Assembly (NCBI GenBank): GCA_002189035.1
Contig: NEEC01000004.1
Location: 4,340,001-4,404,000 of the forward strand
Source of the DNA: Utricularia gibba
Taxonomy: Eukaryota; Plantae; Magnoliophyta
Length of the DNA: 64,000 nucleotides
Direction: 5' to 3'
In this document: piece after piece, positions 1 through 14,993 of the stretch
Numbering within the stretch: the stretch's first letter is position 1
How the letters are laid out: every line of letters starts with the position of its first letter
Translations under genes and position numbers: made by a program
Notes under the pieces: model-generated
Told to the model about the DNA's origin: nothing
The model's input: only the letters and a program-made list of their open reading frames with translations
Databases searched by the model: none

Positions 1-1413
1 AATTCCTCCAACCGAATTTAAAATCCCCAAATCAATTTCCCGTGCAAGTTTAATTGCTCCATGTATTTTCCTTTTTTTTTTTTTTAAAAAAAGAACCCTC
101 TTATTCCGAATTCCCAAATGTACGAACAAAAAAATATTTCATCCCACGAAGCCATAAATGGTGTTAGTTATAACAACATCTATGCGTTTTATAATTGAAT
201 TTTGAGAAAATAATTGTCAAATTTAAAAAATAAAACCAAATAAAAATGTCAAAAAATAAGAATCTTAAACCTGTTTTGGGATGATGAAGCGATGAGATTA
301 GATTAGAAGATGATAATATAACTGTTACAATTTTCTTGTAATATAAATATAAGATAAAAGAAGTGTAAATAAGAGGTGGTTTGACAACATTAATATATTT
401 AAATATATTATAATTGAATATATATACATTCAGTTGTATATAATATTTTATATTTGAAAATAAAAATCTAAGTATATAAGTGATATATATAATTAGTTCT
501 TTTCTCCATTTATTTACATTACTCATTTGTTTAAAAAATTAGTATATGAATAATATAATTATATGAAACTATTATATATATGTTAGTTAATCAAATAGCA
601 TTTATTGATAAATTTGAATATAAATCTTATATATTGTATTATCAAACATCCTCCAAGTGTTCTTCAATACAAATTTTTTTCTTTTCAAATTCATATCAAA
701 GCTCAAGCTTAAACTTATATTCAAATTCTTACTCTTTGTTTACTTTGCTAATTACCATATTAGAATGAAAACTTTCTAACAAAACTAGAATATTCTAATT
801 TCAATGGTTTTTACCATAGTTTTTTTATCAATAAATAAATATATATATAACAATAAAATAATTAGAAATAATTAACTTTAATACATATGTGATTATGAAA
901 TAATGACATAATTCCATTAATCATACATTTTAAATTCTCTTTATGAGTTTTCTTGATAAATGAGGTTTTTTTAATTTAATATTATATTAAATATTTTCTA
1001 AATTACTCATTAATTTCCTGAAACAATGATGAAGATTAGAGAGTGGTTTAGAAATGATTTACTATTAATGGAGAAGAGGGCTACTATATTTATTATTATT
1101 TTTATTATTACTATTATTGATGATAATAATAGCAATTCTCCAGTGTAGTTGGAACACTTTTTACCTTCATTTCGGCTCGTTTTACCCAAAACCACTTACC
1201 TCCAACAGAGAAATAAAGGAAGCTAGGGTTTTCAAGGAACTCTCTCACCGGAATTTGAAATCCCTTTGGTTGGCGACAACGAAACTACTGACTGATTTCG
1301 AGGAGGCAAGACTTTTTCCCGTCTCCTTTGGTGTGTGATGTTGCGGAGTGCAGTTGACTGACGTTCTGTTTGCAGGAGGATCTGAGTTGTAGGACGAGAG
1401 GAGAGGAAGAAGG

Positions 1414-4400
1414 ATGCAGCGGGGTTCTATTAGAAACCTGGAAGACCGCCTTGCCGCGTATGGGAAGTCGCTTCTCGATCCGCCCACTTCGCGAGATGAA
1501 CTTCTGAAGCTTCTTGATGTAAGTTCACCCCAAAGGCGAGATCTTTTTGACAATCGCTTACGGATTGATGTGGCTGAGGAAATTCAAGTCGTTGTTCTTG
1601 CGGTTGCGTGATTTATGTAGGATTAGGGTTTAGGGTTGCGTGATTTATGTAGGATTAACCGAGGAATTTTATCTTAAGGGCTCGTGAAATTAATGCAGGA
1701 GACCTTTGGCTGTGTGTTTCTCCTTGGCTAGATGTATTTTTAGATACTATGTAGAGTTTCTGTGTACAGGGTGACGTACACGGATTCAAAATTAGGTTCT
1801 GTAGAGTAATACATGGTCATCATCAAATATCCGCGGCGTATCTTATAGGAAATATCATGTTTTGTTCGCATCTTTGCCTTGAAGTTTTTTGCATGGTAAA
1901 GTATTGTTTGAGAATCGTGAATGTGATAATCCTTCTTTACTGTAAGACCCGTTTTTTATAGCGAGGTTTTTTTGATTTCACATTACGTAGGATGATTGAG
2001 GAAGTAGTTAGCTGTCAAAATACCGACTGCTGCATGTGAATCGAATCATGTCTAGTGCATTGTTGAGATTTTTGAGAATGCTCAAGGGTCGAGGTTTTTG
2101 GAAATCCTCATTCTCAATGAGAGCGTGATATTTCAGTGTGCACATCCGTTTGCATATAGGGACGTGTTTTGTGAATGCAGCTTAAGCACGTTCAATTTTA
2201 TGGTGAACTGTTGGCTGACAATTTTGTTAAGTTTTTACTGTCGCATTTCTTGCCTGCTTTCTGATTATGCACCCCCCCCCCCCTCCCTCTCTCTTTTGAA
2301 GAAAATTGAGAAGCATCTGTGCAAGGTGGAGCAGTCACCTACAAAATCCATGCAAGCTGCTCTTTCGCCACTAATGAATGCATTGATAGCTGATGAACTC
2401 TTGAAGCATTCTGACCTTGATGTAAGGGTAGGCATTGCCTCTTGTATAAGCGAGATTACCAGAATTACTGCTCCAGATGCTCCATATGATGATGAGAAGA
2501 TGAAGGTAACACTCCTTCTTGCCCTACGTCTCTTGTTATCTAAGTTTACATGAGCTCATTGTTTTCTTGACCTTGCTTTTTGGTGTCAGGTGGTATTTCA
2601 GTTAATTGTATCATCGTTTGAGAACTTGTCAGATGTATCCAACAGATCTTACCAACAGAGGGCAACTATACTTGAAACTGTTGCTAAAGTGAGATCATGT
2701 GTCATAATGTTGGATTTGGAATGTGACGATATGATTCTAGAGATGTTTAATCATTTTTTCAAAGCTATCAGGTGATTTAGTAACGTCATTTATCCATTTT
2801 TGTAATGCGTCGTTTTCCTCTCTGTATTTTTCTTGGCTTTCTTTTTCATAGGTTACTGGATACGTGTATTCATTCTGTTCAGGTTTATACTTTGGAAACA
2901 CTTCAACCTGTGTCTGATCCTTGAATGTTGCCTAAAACTCTTCGAGTTATTGGTGATTTAACCACGGCTCCTTTTGTTGTTGCTGTTGATGCTGCTTTTG
3001 TATCCATACAAATGATTTTTTTAATATTAATCTCATATTTTCTCGCATCTCCCATCTTTTTTCATATCAGGGCAATTTAATGAGTTCTAAAATCTAGTTA
3101 ATTTAGTATTGCAATCTTGGTGACCTACCTGTTTTCCTTCTGTCAGGCCAAATCATGAAGAAGTTATTTTTGCATCTATGGAAACAATAATGAATCTCGT
3201 TTTAGAAGAAAGTGAAGAAATCTCTACTGATTTAATCGGTTTAATATTGTCTAATGCAAGAAGAGACAATGAGGTTAGTCTCATGGAGCTTGTTTATCTT
3301 TTCATACTTTATTTATTTATTTATTTATGGTTAACCAATAGTGTCATGACAGGTTAATTCAACGGCAAAGAAATTAGCTGAGAGGGTTATCCAAAGCTCT
3401 TCAGAAAAGCTTAAGCCATACTTGCAATTAGCAGTAAAGTCATTGGATTCTTCTTTGGAAGATTACAGTGAAGCTGTAGCTTTAATATTGGGTGAAAACC
3501 CGGCTGTGGTTGAGCATAGTCATGAAAGCATCATAAGAGATCAAACTGTATGCTTTTTTTTTACCCCTTTTTATGTCAGCTTGACTATATTCTTTTGTAA
3601 ATATGGTTTCTCCTGGTGTGCCTGTAATGGCCATGGTATTTTTTGCACTCTTTATATTGTTAAGGATAACTTTTCCCTTTCTATGGTTATCAACTTATAT
3701 CAATTTATTTCAGGAATCAGTTATTGAAACATTGGCTGCTGTCTTACATTTTTATTTAATGTTGACTTGACAGGAGGATGGCCGTGCTGAATCAAATCAT
3801 CAACATAAAAATTCTACTACAGACAGAGCTTCACGATCAATGTTGTGTAATGGCTCAAATGATATTGGGACTGAAGTAACTGCTGAAGCTGCAACTCTTT
3901 CAAATGCTATTTCCAATCATACACATGATGCCAGATCAACGCATAAAAGTGAGGACAATTTGGATCCTGAAGGTCCAGGAGAATCATATGATAACATGGA
4001 GAGTAAAAAAGCTGAAAAGAGACCACATGACCAGGAACTTCTATCCGATTCTGTGACTCCTCCCACTGGAATGAAATCTTTCAAAGAAGGCAAATTGACT
4101 GCAGTAGTGAAAGATGGTATTACGACTTCAGCTTCACAAGCATCTGCAAATGAAGCTGCAGATGTAACATCTCCTACTCGAGGTAGCATCACAGATGAAG
4201 CCCCTTATGCAAAGAAACAAATATCAGATGGTACAGGTGTTCAGAAGGCATCATCAGGAGATAATTTGTTGGATGCAAAGAAAAGAAAGCAAGTTGAAAC
4301 TAGCATCAAGCAGGGAAGTTTAAATGATGAGGGTCCGAACAAGAGTGATGATGGAGCAATTTCTGTTGATCAGAAGATTGAGACTTCTAGTGGTAAGGCT

Positions 4401-6708
4401 CAACAGAATCATGAGAGCACTTCAAGCGCCGCCCTTGCATCAGAGACAGTTGTCCCAAAGCGTGGAAGAGGGAGACCTAGGTTGGATAGGTCGAAATTAT
4501 CAACCACTGAAGATCATGGAAAGGTATTAGTTATTTCCTTGGAGACAGATCACAGCATTGTTACATGTGATTCTTATGATGTCCTCGGGTTTAGCAGAAG
4601 AGTTCTCCAGGTTCAGCGTCTAAGTTGAAAAAGGATGAAGTTAGCCGTAAAAGAACCCCAAGAACAAGTAGCAAAGGAAAGAAAATTGAAGAAGCAGATA
4701 AAGTACGTCATTTGGCTTGTTTCTCTTTTTAATCGTTATCAGTGCTCAATTGTAAATTACAGTGAATACCTTGATTCTACATGAGACATGGCTGGGGCCT
4801 GTGTAAAAATCATCATGAGGGATTCATAGTAGTATAAAAGCGTTTTGTAGGACAGGGTGTATGCAGTATGTTGTATATGATAATCTTTAATTTTGAATCT
4901 CATATTGGTGGTAGAGACTGTTGGCAGCATCGTTGTGAAGGAAAGCTGCACGCTTCCAGGATGTTAAGAGAGTCCACATTGTGCTTTATTCTCTTTTTGT
5001 GTCCTATTATTCTATTTCAGAAATATATATCCGACTGTTTAATCTCCCATCTTGAGTATAAGGGCTGAAATTCTCTTACATATTGTATATGGAAGTTTGT
5101 CCCTCTCTTTTTCTCTTTTAAAGTTACGCCACTTAGCAGAAAGGTATATGGATGAAATAAAGCGTTGCTATTTATCACAGCACTATTGTGGTGTAGATGA
5201 ATATTCACTACTTTGAAGTCTTTATTTAACACATCCAGTTATCTCATCCCAGGGTTCCGAATCTGCTGAATATGGTGATGAGCTCATTGGATCAAAAATT
5301 AAGGTGTGGTGGCCGAAGGATCAAATGTAAGCATTTTATAGTTTGATAAATTTAAAAAATCTCCTTGTCATCATACTGAGTTTCACTGCTGATATATTCT
5401 GCCTAGGTTTTATGAGGGCGTGGTTGCATCTTTTGACTCGTCGAAAAAGAAGCATAAGGTCATTATACTTCAGCATTTTCGGCCACTTTGATTCCTAAAC
5501 TTTTATCTGAAGTTAAATGCCTTCCTGGTCTTCCTGGCAGGTCTTGTATACAGATGGTGATACGGAGATACTTAATCTACACAAACAGCGTTGGGAACAC
5601 GTAAAGGATGAGTCGGTTTCAGATGAGGTATTCTGATTGGTTTCCTTTATTGTATAATAATTCAATACCCGGGTGTTGTTATTAACAGTAACGCCAATAT
5701 GTCCAGGATGTCGAACATTCAGATCACAACACTTCAGATACGTAAGTTTCCATTTTTTGTGGCACTCGCTCTTCCTTTCACTAGAATTCCATGTATTTAC
5801 ATGTCAGTTATCGGAGTTTAGTAGTATTTGAGTAGCCTTGGACTTGTCGAATTTCTTCTATTTTTCCAATATTTGCTGTATGGCTAAGCTGACACGATGA
5901 AGTAGTAAGTCATATGAGTGTAGAAACTTTCAATTTCAAGAAAAAGGGAGAAAGAAAAAAATTTAGCTCCAGAAACTGGAAGGAAGTTAACATGCTGGTT
6001 GATCCTAGAATGTGAACTTGGATTCCCATAACTCAGTTGCTGCGTCGTTGTAGTTTGCTATCTGACTGTATAGATCTGATTATGCAACTAAAAGGAGGCT
6101 AGGAAGTAACTCTATGGTTTTCCCAGTCTCAATGAATCTGCTTTATCTTATATCAGGCGAAGTAAGAGGAAAAAGACACCAAGTTCAGACACATCCACCA
6201 AGCGACGAAAGTATGCATTTTGTCTATTTAGTTATCAGAATGCACTTGTCGTTTATGTTAGTTTGGGAGTTTATCAGAATGATCTCATCGTGTCCTATTT
6301 TTCAGTGAAGATAAAGCTTCTCCGACGTTGGACGGGAAGGCGATATCTGATTCAAAACCCCCCAAATCAAAAGCTGGAAGGAAACCTTCTGATGCCACTA
6401 AATCTGAAGATGGTTCTCAGAAACAAGGTGGGAAATTAGAAGGCATTTCTGGCAATGCGTCAAGTAGATCCAATGATGAGTCTCCCAGAACCCCGAGCCA
6501 TCAGAAACAAGACAATGAGGGGAACATCAAATCTGAAACCAGGGGTCGGAAACGCAAGGCAGTGGGTTCTAGTGGCAAAATAACGAACTCTTCTACATTA
6601 AAGGTGAAGGGGAAGACAGATTCAGAAAGATCATTGGAAACTGTTAAGGGGAAAAACACCGATACTTCTACACCAGAGGCCAAAACCTCAAAGAAACGAA
6701 GAAGATGA
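1414..6708 (+). CDS. PDS5: Sister chromatid cohesion protein PDS5-like (N-terminal ARM/HEAT region plus Tudor domain), 13 coding exons
   Basis: GT-AG exons 1414-1518, 2302-2505, 2590-2771, 3147-3273, 3353-3547, 3774-4523, 4598-4702, 5253-5326, 5407-5458, 5541-5627, 5707-5741, 6157-6210, 6306-6708 join in frame. Motifs LLDPPTSRDELLKLLD, HSDLDVRVGIASCISEITRITAPDAPYDDEKMK, Tudor LIGSKIKVWWPKDQMFYEGVVASFDSSKKKHKVLYTDGD, basic C-terminus KKRRR. Confidence 0.92.
1602..1657 (+). repeat. 24-bp direct repeat (period 32) around a telo-box-like TTAGGGTTTAGGG in PDS5 intron 1
   Basis: GGTTGCGTGATTTATGTAGGATTA at 1602-1625 and 1634-1657. Confidence 0.7.
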
Positions 6709-7208
6709 ACGCTTAGTAGGCTGGTCTCAGTTACCTTAATTCCCCTCTTTGCCCATTCTTCTTGTGTTTTGTTGGTAAGATCAGCCATTTCAGGTTTCTG
6801 GGGAATCTTGACGCCAATGATAGGTTCCCTGGAGTGTATGTTTTATGGTTGGAGAGTTTAGGGTAGTAGCTTAGGTAGGTGATGAGGAAGGACAGTTTTT
6901 GCTTTGGGATAGTATCTACTTGGACATCTGAGATGTGTACATTTTGCAGACAATGATCTGAGAGTAGCAATTAATTAATTATGTTTTGCTTCTAGGAAAT
7001 TCCGAGAGCTGTCTTCATGAAAATTGGCACCTGAAATATTAAAGAACAGGTTTTATCAGCAGCAGCACAACTTGCAAGGAATCATCAAGTAATTCTTTCG
7101 TTTCAAATTGGTGATATTCTTGAGCAGCAACAGCAATTGCGGCTGTGCACTTTATTACAACCACTAACTGGAGAATGGAGATGCTTGATGTCCACGGATG
7201 CCATTTTT

Positions 7209-9534
<2,326 letters not shown>

Positions 9535-10675
9535 ATCCCAGATCCTGTGAACATATGAACAGAAAAATCATCAAACCAATGAAATGGGTATCCCGGCAGT
9601 AGAACTCCTAGTTTTGTGTTGCATTCACCCGAACAGCTTCAGATGCGGCGGAGCAAACCAGAGATGAAAAAACAGATGAGGGCTCTGAGTTTAATGACAA
9701 GGCGAGTCCTACGGAGTGCGTTTGACAAATCCACGTGACAAGCTACCTTCTTCCCATGCCAAATTTCAGAAGTCAATATTATATTCACCACATCTCTCAC
9801 CCACGTTATCCAGAAGGGGTCAACAAGTGTTATAACGGTTGGACCGGCTCACCCGGCTGTGCCGGAGGCGCGTGGATCGCAGTTGTTTCCGATAAACCAA
9901 ACATTAAACTGCATTCCTAGTCATTAAAGAAACGTTACTAAACATAGACTCAGGCTGAGCTTCCCGGCGGACGGCGGCTCCATTTGTAATAAAAAAACGG
10001 TTGAGGCGATGGAAGACAGCCTCAGCTCAGAGATCGTCGTCACACATGGACGTTGATGGCGACAGCATGTTTCGGCAACGACTAGATCTTGCTTTTGTTC
10101 AGCTCCAGAGACGCGGATCTAAGGTTTGGCTCCCTAACCGCCAATTGCGACGACCGTTCAGGCGGCGGCCGATCGTCAACAAACGGGTCGACCCGTCGGC
10201 CGGCCCGCAGGTTCTTAAACCCTCCCTCGGGTCAACACATAAACCATTATCCAACCAGTGACGGTCAAGCAGCATACAACTGCTTGAACAACAACGAAGC
10301 TCCATATTCCTCGTTGGTATGAACTGAAACTGCTTTCAAACTCTCTAATAAGAATTCAAAGTAAAATGAATTAATATTTTATAATTTTTTAAAAAAATCA
10401 AATGAGGAATGTATTTTATTATAGAATACAAAATTTAATTTATCGCAATATATAAATGATATTTTTTTATATTTTTACATTTATCGTTAAAAAAATTTAA
10501 ATCACTTCTAGTTTTAATAAAATGACAAAATGCACGTATAGTTTAACAATATTTATACACACAATTTCTTATTTTAAAATGAAATTCTATTGGGCTCCTC
10601 CTGAAAGGAATGAGAGTGGAAAAAATATTCTTAAGCAAGTAAGATAATGGTACAAAGAATACAAGAACCTGGGAT

Positions 10676-12124
10676 TTACTTGTTCCACCAGTAAATAAGT
10701 ATCAAGCACAGGCAGAGGGATGCGACTAACCAGAGAAGGAGTGTGTCCATGGACTTCTTCTTCTTTATTGATGACAGAATCTGGTTGATCTACGCACCAT
10801 CAAGCAGAAGGTTACTGCATGCTGGTTGATGTATTTTAGTATTAGCACTGAAGGATCAACCCTTACATGTGGAAGACGGCTGCTGATGTTGCCGACTTTG
10901 GAACTAATCCCACCAAAAGTGGCTCGCTGGAACACGAGGGTGCTCAAGGTCTCTTGTGCTTGTGATATTACAGAGTCCATCTGCAAGAGTTGATGATAAT
11001 GGAGTGAAAACCTAGACATAAGGAAGGAATATGCTAAAGAAAATGGATGAATGTGGGCTTCACGGTATGCTACCAATCAATGCTTCATTCAACGCCCAGC
11101 AATGTAAAATCAGAGTCTACACGGAGTAACTGACAAGCAGTGGAAAGAGATCAACGAAGTATCATATTACCTGGCCAGAACTCCGATGCAGAGATGCCCG
11201 TTCCTTGAGAAGAGATTGTTCGTAGGAGCCACTACCATCTTCAAGGTCTAATCTACTTCTATCAAATTCTCGAAAGTCCTCTAGCAGCAAGGCATGCTCT
11301 TTCTTAGTTCTGTAGCCAGAACGGATCCAATCAAACTCCTACAACACAGTTGAGGCCAAAAAAATATATCTTTTGACTTAGAATTGGCATCGTCCAGTGA
11401 ACGGCTAAAACGTTATCAGAAATGGGCATACTGTGAAAAGCTGTACATAGATGACAAGACCTCTCACATCAACCATACTTCTCATATAGAGCTAGAATGT
11501 GCAGGTCCACCATCACTTACCTGATTAAGATCCCTAAGAATTTCTTGATGTCGAGTGAATGTATGAGAAAAGGTTTCAGAACCTCCCGATGACACCCAAG
11601 CCTGCATTTGCGCATTTACGTGCTGTAGCTGCCTCAAAAGTTGCTCTATTCCAGTCTCCAAATCATGGCCGTTGGAAGGATCAAATTTGGTCGTTGCAAC
11701 TTTACGGTACAAGTGTATTTGCTCATCAAGCTGTGCTTCAAGCTTCCTCGCCTAGCAAACGAACGAATTCCATTTCAATTCTAAAACAACTAGAGACTAC
11801 ATAATCAATAGCATACACATCCGCCGAGAATAAATCCGTTTTCTCAACAAGACGAAACGATGCAAATCACAATTCAAAACAGCAACAAGAACACGCAGAA
11901 ATAGTACAAATCAATGGAATTAATCGTTCCGATAGCGCTAATTCATGCAGAAAAGCTTGAAAAAAAAGGATCAAATTGTTATCAGTGTAACGGAAAATTT
12001 TCAAAAATCACAGTCATTTTCTGATTTGGAGCAAGAATAGTAACGGATCCCGAAAGTTAAGCGACGAAAAAGAGGGATCGAGAACCTGCTTGCGCAAAGT
12101 ATCCCAAGAAGCGGGAGGATCCAT
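10676..12124 (-). CDS. GOS11: Golgi SNAP receptor complex member 1 (Qb-SNARE), 5 exons
   Basis: Exons 12124-12086, 11751-11521, 11338-11171, 10980-10867, 10789-10676. MDPPASWDTLRKQARKLEAQLDEQ, QMQAWVSSGGSE, KKKKSMDT followed by a C-terminal TM helix LLLWLVASLCLCLILIYWWNK*. Confidence 0.95.
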
Positions 12125-12200
12125 AATCGCTCCTTCTCTCACAAAAATTCCTGAATCCAGACAGTGGGAGCCGGGCTATCGAAAACGTGGAAATTCCAAA

Positions 12201-13770
12201 CTCTCATGACAGCCCAGCCCGGCTCCTCATGGCAACCCAGCTCGGATCCTCATGCAGCCCAATCCTTCTCCTCATGGTAGCCCAGCCCGGCTCCACGTAG
12301 CAGCCCAGACCAGATCCGCATGGAAGCCCCGCCCAGATCCTCCTGGTAGCCCAGCCCGGCTCCTCATGCAGCCCAGCCCGGTACCTCTTGGCTGCCCAGC
12401 CCAGCTCCTCTCAGCTGCCCAGCCCGGCACCTCGTGGCAGCTCAGCTGGGATCCTCATGGCAGCCCAACCCGGATCCTCATGCAGCCCTGCCTGGATTCT
12501 CGTGGCAGCCCAGCCCGGATTCTTATACAGACCAGCCCGGATCCTCATGCAGCCCAGCCCGGATCCTCGTGGCAGCCCAACTCAGATTCTCATGGCAACC
12601 CTACCCGGATCCTCATGCAGTCCCGCCCGGCTCCTCATGGAAGCCCTGCTCGGATTGTTATGCAGCCCAGCCCGGATCCTCGTGGCAGCCCAGCTCGGAT
12701 TCTTATACAGACCAGCCCGGATCCTAATTGCAGCAAAACCCGGATCCTCATACAGCCCAGCCCGGATTCTCATGGCAGCCCTACCCGGATTCTTATACAG
12801 ACCAGCCCGGCTCCTCATGGCAGCCCAGCTCGCCGAGCCCCGATTCTCATGGCAGCCCAGCCCGGATTCTTATACAGACCAGCCCGGATCCTTATGGCAG
12901 CCCAGCCCGGATTCTCATGGCAGCCCATCCCGGATTCTTATACAGACCAGCCCGGCTGCTCGTGGCAGCCTGGCCCGGATCCTCATGGAAGCCCAACCCG
13001 GATCCTCATGCAGCCCAGACCGGCTCCTCGTGGCAGCCCAGCTCGGATTCTCATGGCAGCCCAGCCCGGATTCTTATACAGACCAGCTCGGATCCTCATG
13101 GCAGCCGAACCCGGATCCTCATGCAGCCCAGCTCTAAACCACTAAGCCCATCCCGGATTCTCATGGCAGCCCTACCCGGATTCTTATACAGACCAGCCCG
13201 GATCGTCATGGCAGCCCAACTTGGATCCTCATGCAGCCCAGACCGGCTCCTCGTGGCAGCCCAGCCTGGATTCTCATGGCAGCCCAACTCGGATCCTCAT
13301 GCAGCCCCCCCGGCTCCTCATGGTAGCCCAGCCCGTCTCCTCATGACAGCCCATCCCGGATCTTCATGCAGCCCAGCCCGGCTCCTCGTGGAAGCTTAAC
13401 CCGGATCCTCATGGCAGCCCAACCCGGATCCTCATGCAGCCCGCCCGGCTCCTCATGGTTGCCCAGCCCGGCTCCTCATGGCAGCCCAGCTCGGCTCCTC
13501 ATGGCAGCCCAGCTTGGATCCTCATGGTAGCTCATTCCGCTTCTCTTGCAGTCCAGCCCGGCTCCTCATGGTGCCCAGCCCGGCTCCTCGTGGCAGTCCA
13601 GCTCGGCTCCACGTGGCAGCCCTGCCCGGCTCCTCGTGATAGCCCTGCTCGTTTCCTCGTGGCTGCCCATCCCGGCTCCTCGTGGCTGCCCTGCCCGGCT
13701 CCTCGTGGCAGCCCAGCCCGGATCCTCACGCAGCCCAGCCCGTTTCCTCTCCGCAGCCTAGCCCGGATCC
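12201..13770. repeat. GC-rich minisatellite, about 70 units of 22-23 bp, consensus GGATCCTCATG(G)CAGCCCAGCCC
   Basis: Continuous tandem units with no unique spacers; variant unit GGATTCTTATACAGACCAGCCC recurs at 12517, 12697, 12787, 12864, 12932, 13068 and 13178. Confidence 0.95.
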
Positions 13771-13863
13771 ACCTTCACTGATTTGCAGCAGTCAAGTTAT
13801 ATTATTTGGGAAAATGAAATTTAAATTTAATGTGAAACTCTACTTAATAAAAAGCTTTCTTGT

Positions 13864-13951
13864 TGGGCTGGTGGGCCCGCGCATCCGGGCCTTCGAATTT
13901 ATAACTTGGCCCACTTTTGCCAACTTACAGAACAAGAAAGCCGTAGGGTTT
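13864..13951. promoter_or_regulatory. Site II motifs plus telo-box upstream of TIM17
   Basis: TGGGCT 13864, TGGGCC 13872, GGCCCA 13908, TAGGGTTT (reverse complement AAACCCTA) 13944. This combination is established for plant nuclear genes encoding mitochondrial and translation components. Confidence 0.7.
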
Positions 13952-14325
13952 TTGTTTTCTGTTTAACACATCGAACAAGGAAGGGGGAAGAATTGTGGCG
14001 GAGAAGGGTCTGAAGCAGGGGAAGTCATTCGATTTCGCTGGGTTGTGAGTATGAATCATTTTCTCGATGTATCTGGGGATAGGTGTGGTATTTGATCTGA
14101 AAGTGTGCTTGAGTGAACCCTGTATGAATTGTCTGTATCGGTGGTTCTTTAATGAAATCTCTGGTATTTTTTGATTTTCGGGGTTTTTATCAGAAATTGT
14201 TACACTGTATTTGATTATGTAGCATTGACCATGAGCTTGAGGACCGCTAACATCTTTATGTTGTTGTGTGCTTCGCAGCTATCGGGTTTGTCAGTAATTT
14301 AGGGATTTTCTGTTAGTATTGTTCT

Positions 14326-14993
14326 ATGGGTACCCCTGAAACATCTCGGGAGCCTTGCCCGGATCGAATCCTTGATGATATCGGGGGAGCCTTTGGAATG
14401 GGTGCAGTTGGTGGTGGTGCTTATCACTTCTTGAGGGGCGCCTACAATTCCCCTAAAGGCGAGCGTGCTCTTGGAGGTTTTCAAGCCATTCGAATGAACG
14501 CTCCCCGTGTAGGTGGTGGTTTTGCCGTCTGGGGTGGACTGTTTTCTACCTTTGACTGCACAATGGTCTATGTTCGCCAGAAAGAGGATCCATGGAACTC
14601 CATCATTGCCGGTGCAGCTACTGGAGGTTTTCTTCAAATGCGGCAGGGATTAGCTTCTGCTTCTCGATCCGCATTGGTTGGCGGTGTGTTACTTGCTCTG
14701 ATCGAGGGAGCTGGCATCATGCTCAACAAAGTTTTCGCTCAGCAACCCGACATTCCCATGGAGGATAATAATTCTTTGCCAAATGCAGCCAATCCAGCTG
14801 CATATGGAATCACAGAGTTCCCAGGCCAAGCTCCAGCAAATGCTGAAACCATTAAAGCCTCCCCCAGCCATCCCCATCTTGGCTCGGAAGCCTTTTCAGT
14901 GGTGCAAGGGAGAAAAGTGACGATGATGGAAGCAAAACCAAGGTCTTGGAGAGCTATGATTCTCCAGCTCCACCATCCTTCGAGTACAAATGA
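14326..14993 (+). CDS. TIM17: Mitochondrial inner membrane translocase TIM17 (TIM17-2 type with C-terminal extension); apparent 1-nt deletion at 14861-14865
   Basis: MGTPETSREPCPDRILDDIGGAFGMGAVGG...RQKEDPWNSIIAGAATGG. The family-type tail SWLGSLF...SKTKVLESYDSPAPPSFEYK* (TGA 14991-14993) is in another frame and is restored by one extra C in the C5 run. Confidence 0.93.

Noticed and set aside
164-1195. Small ORFs in the AT-rich first kilobase, and similar ORFs in other spacers
   Set aside because: Low-complexity Ile/Tyr/Phe/Asn-rich translations with no motif or splice support.
1624-1637. Interstitial telomere (TTAGGGTTTAGGG)
   Set aside because: Only two units; better explained as a telo-box.
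12201-13770. CRISPR-like array
   Set aside because: Units abut with no unique spacers, the context is eukaryotic and there are no cas genes.
12252-13781. Long Pro/Gln/Ser-rich ORFs in all three plus frames
   Set aside because: The repeat unit has no plus-strand stop codon, and the 22/23-bp mixing shifts frames arbitrarily; the open frames are a by-product of the repeat.
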